DNA of 64,000 nt. Source: Sedimentisphaerales bacterium (GTDB taxonomy: Bacteria > Planctomycetota > Phycisphaerae > Sedimentisphaerales > SM23-30). The stretch lies in the NCBI GenBank assembly GCA_963666285.1, contig OY762711.1; one strand, 5' to 3'. The position numbers and the translations under genes were made by a program. Below, in pieces: positions 40,744 through 49,012 of this stretch. The notes below the pieces were generated by a model. It searched no databases. It worked only from the letters and a program-made list of their open reading frames with translations, and had not been told where the DNA came from. Each line of letters starts with the position of its first letter. The first letter of the stretch is position 1.

Positions 40744-43700
40744 ATGGCGTTTCTCGAAAAAATAGGCAAAGGCCTGACGAAAATATTTGGTACCAGTAGC
40801 GACAGATATGTAAAAAAGCAGGCTAGCTTTATTGCCGCACTTTCTGAATTGGAAGTTAAGTATGGTGCATTGACTGATAATGAATTAAAGCAAAAATCCG
40901 AAGAACTTAAACAACGGATTCAGGAATTTCAGGATAAGATTCTGGACCGACCTTTACGTGAAATCCTGAAGGAGATACCTACACTTACTGAAGGTGATCG
41001 AATTCCGGCCAAAAAACGCATAACTGAGCAGCTTAGACAAATATGCGATGAAGTTCTCGTTGAAGCTTTTGCTGCGGTTCGTGAGGCGTCTGACCGCCAC
41101 CTGGGTGTCAGAAATATCTTTAACCGTGATCTTGGATTTGATAAGTCAATTCTATCTGCCGAAATGCAGACTGTTTATGATGAAATTGTACTAAAGATGT
41201 CACAAGGTCAAAGTGTACATGATTTGGAATTACCTCCTCAGATATATTCAGAGGTCAGGGCAAAGTTTCCTGTCGAAAACAGGCCTCCTTACCGTTTCAG
41301 ACATTTTGATGTTCAAATGATTGGCGGTAGCGTATTGTATGAAGGCCAGATTGCCGAAATGGCTACCGGTGAGGGTAAAACTCTTGCAGCTACCTTGGCG
41401 GCATATATTGTCGCTCTTAGCGGTAGAAAAGTACATGTTATTACAGTTAATGATTATCTGGCACAGCGTGACTGTGATTGGATGGCACCTGTTTATAATG
41501 CATTAGGACTCACCGTCGGGGCTATTCAGTCAGGAATGGATACTGCCGGCGATACGCGTCGCCAGATGTATTCCTGTAATATAACTTATGGCACCAACAA
41601 TGAATTTGGTTTCGATTATCTGCGTGATAATATGAAAGGTCGACTTGAAGATCAGGTGCAAGGTCCTCTTGATTATACTATTATCGATGAGGTTGACTCT
41701 ATTCTGATCGATGAAGCTCGAACTCCGCTTATTATCTCCGGTCCTGCTAAGGATGATACGAACAGATACCGCAAAGCCGACCAGATTGCCAGGGAAATTA
41801 TTCGTATGCAGAAGCCGTATACGGATATTGAAAACCAGATAAATCAGCTGAAGATGGATGCTGCAAATGCTGCCGGTGAGCTTTCTGATGCTAAGAAGAA
41901 TAAAGACAAAACTCGTGAGCAGGTTGCCCATAAAGCAATAGAAGAGTGTGAGTCGAAGATAGATGAGCTTGAAGCGCAGCTTGCTGCCAAGACTCAATAT
42001 TATGAAGTTGAATATGACCGACATAGTGTTCAGCTAACTCATGAAGGTATTGGTGCTGCCCAGGATATTGCCGGGATTGGAAGTTTTTATGTCGGTTCCA
42101 ATATGGAATGGCCTCATTTGATGGAGCAGTCCTTGAGGGCTCATGTTGTCTTTGAGAAAGAAAAAGATTATGTGGTACAGGACAATCAGGTAATTATCGT
42201 TGATGAGTTTACCGGGCGACTTATGCATGGCCGTCAATGGTCAGATGGTCTTCATCAGTCGGTGGAAGCTAAAGAGGGCGTTTCAATTAAACAGGAAAGC
42301 CAGACTCTTGCTACAATTACTCTGCAAAACTTCTTTAAGATGTATCAGCAGATTGCAGGTATGACAGGTACTGCAATGACTGAATCTGATGAGTTTATGA
42401 ATATTTATAATCTGGGTGTAGTTGCTATTCCAACAAATAAGCCGATTATTAGAGATGACCGTGATGATCTTGTCTATCGTACTATACCGGAGAAAGATAA
42501 TGCGATTATAGAAGAGATATTTCGTATCAGTAAATCGGGGCAGCCTATTCTTATTGGTACCGCTAGTATCGAAGCTAATGAAAATCTGTCGCGTCAGCTG
42601 GATAAAAAATATGGACTTGAGCATGAAGTTCTTAATGCAAAGCAGCATGCTCGTGAAGCTGCCATTGTAGTCAAGGCCGGTCAGCAGCATAAAGGCCGTA
42701 ATGGCGAAATGTGGGGAAATATTACGGTGGCTACCAATATGGCCGGACGTGGAACTGATATCAAGCTTTCCAGTGATACTCTTGCTAAAGGGGGGCTTTA
42801 TGTATTGGGAACTGCTCGCCATGAAGCTCGTCGTATCGATAACCAGCTTCGAGGTCGTTCCGGTCGTCAGGGTGATCCGGGCTGCAGCCAGTTCTTCCTG
42901 AGCTTCCAGGATGATTTGATGAGGATTTTTGCTCCTGACTGGATTATTAAAGCGTTTGAAAGAATTGGCTGGGAGGAAGGTGAGCCGATTGTCCATAAAC
43001 GTATTACCAATTATGTAGAAAAAGCTCAGAAAAAAGTTGAGCAGCGAAATTTTGAAGCTCGAAAAAGCCTCCTGGAATATGATGAGGTTATGGAATATCA
43101 AAGACAGGTATTTTATACTCGTCGCCAGCGAATTTTGGCTGGTGTTGGTATTGAGGATGATATCTGGGAAATGATAGATGATATCATTGCCGAACGGTCT
43201 GAAGAAATCATGCATGGTGATTATCCGTATCAGTGCATTAGTGAATGGTCTCGATCAGCCTTAGGTGTTGACCTTGAAATTGAAAAATTAAAAAATACCG
43301 GTACAAAATCACTTGAATCTCTTATTAGAAGTCATGCGCAAAATAATACAGAGCAGGACATCTCGATTACTATTGGTGAATATATGAGTCGCGATCTTGA
43401 TTCCAAAGATTGGGATCTCCAGGGACTTAGCCAGTGGGCTATGAGTAAATACAAGGTGAGTTTGTCCAAGAGAGAGCTTGGCAGTATGGATATTGCTCAG
43501 GCCAGGGAAAAAATCACTGAAGGGGCACTGGCTCATCTTGAAAAATTTGATTATTCTAGAATATCAACATTTCTTGATCCGGAGTATGCTGCGACTACGC
43601 TTACTGACTGGGTTAATCAGAAATTTGAATTAGAAGTTAAATCCGAGGATGTCAAAGGAAAGAATGTTGAAAATGTAGTTGAAATCTTATGTCGTGCCGC

Positions 43701-44535
43701 TCGTGATAAATATAAAGAGCGTGAAATCGAATATCCGGTAGATTTTATTTTGAGTGTTGCTGCTCATCGCCATCAGGCAGGCAGCAGCTATGCCGCACAG
43801 GAAGTGTGTGCATGGGTTCAGAATAAGTTTTCTATAGTATGGGATATTGATGAAATACACGGTTTGAATTATGACCAGATGCGAGCGAAGCTTATCGATC
43901 TTATGCGAACACGCGGTAATGGTACCTTTGATAAGGAGATAAAGGATATTATCGATAATGCTTCTGGCGATCAGCAGGGAATTGAGCAGCTGGCAGAAAA
44001 ACTTTCTGCAAGATATCATAAGGATATTAAATCCTGGCAGATTCGATCTGACCAGATAGCTGAATTTGTCGAACATACTGCAAATAATTTTATTCGTGAA
44101 GAGTTAACCGAGCTGGAACGTTATGTTCTGCTTCAAATTTATGATTCAACCTGGAAAGAACATCTATACGCGATGGACCATCTCAAATCCGGTATTGGCC
44201 TGAGAGGGCTTGCTGAACGCGATCCTAAGATGGAATACAAACGCGAAGGGTTTAAGATGTTTGGAGAGATGCTCAGCTCCATACGCGATAAAGTTACAGA
44301 CATGATATTCAAAGCACGCCTTGGTGGTGAAGAAGAAAGACGCTCGGTTTGGAATATCTCTAGTGCCGCTCATGATGAGTTCAGTTTATTTTCTCAACAG
44401 CAGCAGGCAGCTCAGCAGCCGCAAGGCCAGGCTGCTATGCCGAGAACTGTCCGGCATGAAGGGCCAAAGGTAGGGCGTAACGATCCATGTCCTTGTGGTA
44501 GCGGTAAAAAGTATAAGAAATGCTGCGGGCAATAA
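40744..44535 (+). CDS. secA: Preprotein translocase ATPase SecA (enlarged, 1263 aa)
   Basis: EMATGEGKT, TVNDYLA.RD, DEVDSILIDEARTPLIISG, ATNMAGRGTDI, RIDNQLRGRSGRQGDPG, SEC-C GRNDPCPCGSGKKYKKCC. Confidence 0.97.
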   Translation: MAFLEKIGKGLTKIFGTSSDRYVKKQASFIAALSELEVKYGALTDNELKQKSEELKQRIQEFQDKILDRPLREILKEIPTLTEGDRIPAKKRITEQLRQICDEVLVEAFAAVREASDRHLGVRNIFNRDLGFDKSILSAEMQTVYDEIVLKMSQGQSVHDLELPPQIYSEVRAKFPVENRPPYRFRHFDVQMIGGSVLYEGQIAEMATGEGKTLAATLAAYIVALSGRKVHVITVNDYLAQRDCDWMAPVYNALGLTVGAIQSGMDTAGDTRRQMYSCNITYGTNNEFGFDYLRDNMKGRLEDQVQGPLDYTIIDEVDSILIDEARTPLIISGPAKDDTNRYRKADQIAREIIRMQKPYTDIENQINQLKMDAANAAGELSDAKKNKDKTREQVAHKAIEECESKIDELEAQLAAKTQYYEVEYDRHSVQLTHEGIGAAQDIAGIGSFYVGSNMEWPHLMEQSLRAHVVFEKEKDYVVQDNQVIIVDEFTGRLMHGRQWSDGLHQSVEAKEGVSIKQESQTLATITLQNFFKMYQQIAGMTGTAMTESDEFMNIYNLGVVAIPTNKPIIRDDRDDLVYRTIPEKDNAIIEEIFRISKSGQPILIGTASIEANENLSRQLDKKYGLEHEVLNAKQHAREAAIVVKAGQQHKGRNGEMWGNITVATNMAGRGTDIKLSSDTLAKGGLYVLGTARHEARRIDNQLRGRSGRQGDPGCSQFFLSFQDDLMRIFAPDWIIKAFERIGWEEGEPIVHKRITNYVEKAQKKVEQRNFEARKSLLEYDEVMEYQRQVFYTRRQRILAGVGIEDDIWEMIDDIIAERSEEIMHGDYPYQCISEWSRSALGVDLEIEKLKNTGTKSLESLIRSHAQNNTEQDISITIGEYMSRDLDSKDWDLQGLSQWAMSKYKVSLSKRELGSMDIAQAREKITEGALAHLEKFDYSRISTFLDPEYAATTLTDWVNQKFELEVKSEDVKGKNVENVVEILCRAARDKYKEREIEYPVDFILSVAAHRHQAGSSYAAQEVCAWVQNKFSIVWDIDEIHGLNYDQMRAKLIDLMRTRGNGTFDKEIKDIIDNASGDQQGIEQLAEKLSARYHKDIKSWQIRSDQIAEFVEHTANNFIREELTELERYVLLQIYDSTWKEHLYAMDHLKSGIGLRGLAERDPKMEYKREGFKMFGEMLSSIRDKVTDMIFKARLGGEEERRSVWNISSAAHDEFSLFSQQQQAAQQPQGQAAMPRTVRHEGPKVGRNDPCPCGSGKKYKKCCGQ

Positions 44536-44541
44536 TGAGTC

Positions 44542-44937
44542 GTGATATATTATGCTGATAATGTTGATGAGCTTAAACTTTCTCAAATAGAAGGTTTTTT
44601 CGCAGGATGGAAGATGCCTGTTTCTCCGGAGCTGCATCTGCAGATTTTGCAGAGCAGTTATGCAGTATGGCTCGCATTTGATAATGATAAATGTGTAGGT
44701 TTTATTAATTCTGTATCCGATGGCTTTTTTTATGCCGGCATTCCATTGTTGGAGGTTTTGCCGGAATATCGAGGCAATGGAATCGGTACCGAATTAGTGA
44801 AACGAATGTTAACTACTTTAGAATCTTTATATGCAGTTGATATTGTCTGTGATCATTCTTTAACTTCGTTTTATTCGAAGCATGCTTTGATTCCTTCAAA
44901 TAGTATGATTAAAAGGAATTTTGGCTATAATCAATAA
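44542..44937 (+). CDS. GNAT family N-acetyltransferase
   Basis: LEVLPEYRGNGIG..L acetyl-CoA motif; FY. Confidence 0.85.
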   Translation: MIYYADNVDELKLSQIEGFFAGWKMPVSPELHLQILQSSYAVWLAFDNDKCVGFINSVSDGFFYAGIPLLEVLPEYRGNGIGTELVKRMLTTLESLYAVDIVCDHSLTSFYSKHALIPSNSMIKRNFGYNQ

Positions 44938-44964
44938 TTCTGCTAATTTGATTGGAATTTACAT

Positions 44965-45975
44965 TTGGCTTTACGTTTACTTGAAATGAGAGTTCCACTT
45001 GATCGCCGGGAAACAATAGACCAGCTTCTCAAGCAGCAGGATATTATTGACACCTGGCACTATCCTGTCGATGATAAGCATATGATTGTCAGAATTCTTG
45101 TTCCCACCGAAATAAGTGAGGATGTTTCTGATATTTTTGAAAATCGTTTTCAATCTCTTGAATGTTTTCGGCTTACCATTCTTCCTGTTGAAGCTACAAT
45201 TCCGCGGCCTGTTGAAGCAGGCAAATCTCAAGCTGCCTCTACTGAACCTAAGAATAAGAGAGTGAAGCTTATGCGAGTTAGCCGAGAAGAGCTGTATCTT
45301 GATATTAACAGTGCAGCCAGTCTTAGCCCGGTCTTTATTGTTATGGTTGCATTGTCAAGTGTTGTCGCAGCGGTTGGGTTGTTACGCAGCAATACAGCTG
45401 TAGTTATTGGTGCTATGGTAATAGCTCCGCTTTTGGGCCCCAATGTAGCCCTTGCGTTGGCTGCTACTCTGGGAGATATCAAGTTAGCACGTAAAGCTCG
45501 CCAGTCTGGCTTTGCGGGGCTGGTTATACCATTGATTTTCGCAGTTTTGCTTGGGATGATATTAAATGTAGATATTAACGTTCCGGAAATTGCGTCTCGT
45601 ACTTCTATTAGCTTAAGTGATATAGTCGTTGCTCTTGCTGCAGGTGCTGCCGCTACTCTGGCATTTACCACAGGAGCATCCAGCACTCTTATTGGTGTAA
45701 TGGTCGCGGTGGCGTTGCTTCCCCCTTTAGTTACGCTTGGCCTGCTGCTGGGCTCAGGACATTTCTCGCACGCTTTTGGGGCCGGGTTGCTTCTGCTGGC
45801 AAATATGATCTGCGTTAATCTTGCCGGCGTATTAACTTTTCTGCTGCAAGGTGTCAGGCCGCTGCGTTGGGGTGACCAGAAAGCGGCAAAAAAAGCGGCA
45901 CGCAGGGCGATTATTACGTGGGTTATATTATTAGGTATTTTATTGGTGGTATTATATTTGTCCGGCCAGAAATAG
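44965..45975 (+). CDS. TIGR00341 / DUF389 family membrane protein
   Basis: RVSREELY; AAVGL...AVVIGAMVIAPLLGP; GVMVAVALLPP; several TM helices. Confidence 0.85.
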   Translation: MALRLLEMRVPLDRRETIDQLLKQQDIIDTWHYPVDDKHMIVRILVPTEISEDVSDIFENRFQSLECFRLTILPVEATIPRPVEAGKSQAASTEPKNKRVKLMRVSREELYLDINSAASLSPVFIVMVALSSVVAAVGLLRSNTAVVIGAMVIAPLLGPNVALALAATLGDIKLARKARQSGFAGLVIPLIFAVLLGMILNVDINVPEIASRTSISLSDIVVALAAGAAATLAFTTGASSTLIGVMVAVALLPPLVTLGLLLGSGHFSHAFGAGLLLLANMICVNLAGVLTFLLQGVRPLRWGDQKAAKKAARRAIITWVILLGILLVVLYLSGQK

Positions 45976-46116
45976 ATATGTTTCCTGTCTGGCATTTATC
46001 ATGTTTCATTATTATATTGTAAATACTCCAGAAAAGACTATAATTTTTAATGTATAATATATGAATATTGTTTGAGAAATACGAATTTAATTCATTATGT
46101 ATTAATGGTTTAGATA

Positions 46117-47886
46117 ATGGAAAATACTGATAAGACAATGCAGCTGCGAAATGCGTTTCTATGTACTGTACTGACAGCGGTGGCATGTATTGCTGTAGGT
46201 ATATTGCTTATTATTTCAACTATGAACGAACGCAGGGTAAATGTTTTTGAAAATGATAAACTGGAATCGGCCAAAACCCAGCTTCGCGACAATCCAGATG
46301 ATGAAACCCTGCAATGGACTGTTCGTGAACTCGACCGTCAATACCGTCAGGGATACATATATAGCCGTGAGCTGACTGAAAGAGCCAGGTATTTGCTGGT
46401 AGTTTTTCTTTTGGCATTTATTGTTTCGGCCAAGGTTTATATTAACCTGCGAATTGAGCCGGAGGTTCCTGACACAACTCAATGCAAATGTATTGCTGAG
46501 CAGACCAGGCTATATACAAGTTGGGGAATGCTGGGAGTGGTAATAATCTTCTTTGTTGGCTCACTGGTATTTATTATTTCTTCAATGGTGCCCGGACAAT
46601 TGCCAGAAAACCGGGATGTTGCAGGTAAAGCTCATGTAGAAACAAATTCAGATTCTGATATTGAAACTGCGGCATCGCAGTTCGCTTCCGTAGATGAACT
46701 TAAACAAAACTGGCATAGATTCCGCGGCTTTGGTGGAACTGGAACAGCTAATTATACTAATATTCCTCTTGAAATTGATCCGGCTGGCGGCAAAAACATC
46801 CTCTGGAAGTTCGAACCTGAATTACCTGGATTTAATTCAATTATTATTTTCGGTGACAAATTCTTTTATGCCGGTGCCAACGAATTAAATCGTAAAGTAT
46901 ATTGTCACAATCTCGAAGATGGAAAATTATTATGGTCGGCTGATGTAAAAGTATCTGGGGACAATTCTGATACTGTTCCGGAAGTTATGGATGATACCGG
47001 GCTGGCGGCATGTACTATGGCTACAGATGGATATCGAGTTTATTCCATTTTTGCTAACGGTGATCTTGCCTGTCATGATTTTGATGGCAAGGAAATCTGG
47101 GCCATGAACCTGGGAATTCCGGAAAGCTCCTATGGTTTTGCTGCTTCTCTTGATGTCTGGCATGATAATGTTCTGGTTCAATATGACAGCGGATTTGACC
47201 CGGATTCCCCGCTGGCTAAAATGATATCTGTTGATGGACCAACAGGAAAAGTTGACTGGCAGCAGTCTCGTCCTGTTATTAACAGCTGGACTTCGCCTAT
47301 TGTCGATTATACCGGCGGTAAATGGCAGTGTATTACCGTTTCTGCTCCGTGGGCTATCAGTTACGATCCGGCCAGTGGCAAGGAGCTGTGGCGGTTTGGG
47401 GAATTGCATGGTGATACCGCACCATCTCCGGTTGTTTATAAGGATATGACTTTTATCCAGATTCCTTATGAGTCTATTGCTGCTGTCAATACCACTCTGG
47501 ATGGCGATATAAGTGAAACTGGAATCTTATGGACGGGCAGCGATGGAATTCCTGATGCTACCACTCCTGCATTATACAATGGTAAATTATGGCTTCTCGA
47601 TTCTTATGGCACTATCACTTGTTATAATATTGAAGATGGCTCCGTAATATATTCTGATAGCATTGATGGGGAATATTATAGTTCACCATCAATAGTTGGT
47701 GACAAATTGATATGCTTTAGTCTGGCCGGTAATGGTAAATATTCTGTTTTAGGTACTGGCGAAACTTTTGAATTGCTATATGAAGCTGAGTTTGGTGAAA
47801 AAATAGGTACCAGCCCGGCTTTTGCTGATGGTAAGATGATTATCAGGGGTGTCGAAAATATTTATTGTATTGGAGAAAAGAAATGA
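46117..47886 (+). CDS. Membrane-anchored PQQ-like (BamB-like) beta-propeller protein
   Basis: Three N-terminal hydrophobic helices; W.RFRG..G; repeated GK.LW and SP motifs; SPAFADGKMIIRG. Confidence 0.8.
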   Translation: MENTDKTMQLRNAFLCTVLTAVACIAVGILLIISTMNERRVNVFENDKLESAKTQLRDNPDDETLQWTVRELDRQYRQGYIYSRELTERARYLLVVFLLAFIVSAKVYINLRIEPEVPDTTQCKCIAEQTRLYTSWGMLGVVIIFFVGSLVFIISSMVPGQLPENRDVAGKAHVETNSDSDIETAASQFASVDELKQNWHRFRGFGGTGTANYTNIPLEIDPAGGKNILWKFEPELPGFNSIIIFGDKFFYAGANELNRKVYCHNLEDGKLLWSADVKVSGDNSDTVPEVMDDTGLAACTMATDGYRVYSIFANGDLACHDFDGKEIWAMNLGIPESSYGFAASLDVWHDNVLVQYDSGFDPDSPLAKMISVDGPTGKVDWQQSRPVINSWTSPIVDYTGGKWQCITVSAPWAISYDPASGKELWRFGELHGDTAPSPVVYKDMTFIQIPYESIAAVNTTLDGDISETGILWTGSDGIPDATTPALYNGKLWLLDSYGTITCYNIEDGSVIYSDSIDGEYYSSPSIVGDKLICFSLAGNGKYSVLGTGETFELLYEAEFGEKIGTSPAFADGKMIIRGVENIYCIGEKK

Positions 47887-48137
47887 CTATTGCTGCTGCC
47901 AGAAAATTTATAGTGAAAGCTTCACGAGAGCCTGAGTGGGTACAGATGTTGAATACCTCAGAGTCAGCCTCTGAACTTAATAGCAAGCTGGCAGATGCGG
48001 ATCTCGTATTTTCCTATGTGGAATTTGATGAGGCATATAATAACATTCTGACTAAATGCCAGTTTCATGCACAAGCTGATGCTTTAGAGCAAATCAGAAA
48101 CTGGTACGACTTGCTGCTGATGTCATTTAATGAGTAA
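47883..48137 (+). CDS. Small Nif11-like protein (84 aa)
   Basis: ATGA overlap with the upstream stop; MTIAAARKFI...EPEW...L.FS..EF resembles the Nif11 domain pattern. Confidence 0.55.
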   Translation: MTIAAARKFIVKASREPEWVQMLNTSESASELNSKLADADLVFSYVEFDEAYNNILTKCQFHAQADALEQIRNWYDLLLMSFNE

Positions 48138-48924
48138 TCTTTTCTATATCTAATATTTTGCCGGTGTTTTCAGCTGTGATCTTGTATCCTGGCGGTATTA
48201 TTAAAAATTCTTTATCAGGCCAGATTCCACTAACCAGATTTTTCAAAATTGTAATTGAACCTTTAACAAGCATGAATTCCAGCCCTTTCTGGTGTGCCTC
48301 TTTTTGGGCCAGTTCTATATATTTCTGATCTATTTTGAGACCCATATCGATATATGCTAAATATTGATATTTTTCTGTCCAGTTGCCCATAGTCTCCATT
48401 ATATAATCTGCGTTTGCTTCACCATATTTTTCAATATATTCCTGTCGGTTGAAATTCAGGCCAAGCTGGGTCATTACAGAATCCTCTGGGCTATAATCCC
48501 TTTCAGTCCAGCCGCTCGTTCTATAGTAAGTACCCGGATGAGTATCAAAGAATTCTTTGTACTTGTCACAACCGCCAAAAAAAATACCTATACAGTCATG
48601 TGAACGGGGGATAACAAGAGGGTAATGATCGGTATATAACCCTGTAAGACCATCATTGCACCGGGCATATGCCAGCAGTATTGCTTCGTATGTATCTGGC
48701 TCTGTATTGTTGACTGCTTCCTGTATCGTTGCCAGCATTTCTTTTGTTTCGATATCGTGCAGCCCCTTGCGAAGAAATTCAATGTCGATCAGGTGATCTG
48801 ATTCGGATACGAGTTTACATATTTCCCGGTAAAATATCTCACAGGCAATCAATTTATACCGTTTTTGCCCTTCGGGTTTTAGCGGCTTGTTGTTGTCACT
48901 TATTCTATCATCGTTATTTTGCAT
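48127..48924 (-). CDS. DUF1638 domain protein
   Basis: LIACEIF.RE, GLH, LAYARC.DGL.G, PRSHDCI, GTYY...GW; start at 48924 is a judgement (track gives 48984). Confidence 0.85.
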   Translation of the reverse strand: MQNNDDRISDNNKPLKPEGQKRYKLIACEIFYREICKLVSESDHLIDIEFLRKGLHDIETKEMLATIQEAVNNTEPDTYEAILLAYARCNDGLTGLYTDHYPLVIPRSHDCIGIFFGGCDKYKEFFDTHPGTYYRTSGWTERDYSPEDSVMTQLGLNFNRQEYIEKYGEANADYIMETMGNWTEKYQYLAYIDMGLKIDQKYIELAQKEAHQKGLEFMLVKGSITILKNLVSGIWPDKEFLIIPPGYKITAENTGKILDIEKITH

Positions 48925-49012
48925 ATATTTATAGTATCTTTCGCATGCGTGTAATGTCGAACACGCAAAAGTGCGATACCGCATTTATATGAGTCGAATT
49001 GTTTTTATCCTG

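Noticed and set aside
42283..45995. Long antisense ORFs 42283-43215 and 45228-45995 (also 2299-3006)
   Set aside because: Opposite well-supported genes, with no recognisable motifs
47883..48137. RiPP biosynthetic cluster
   Set aside because: No core peptide, radical SAM/LanM/YcaO enzyme or peptidase-containing transporter nearby
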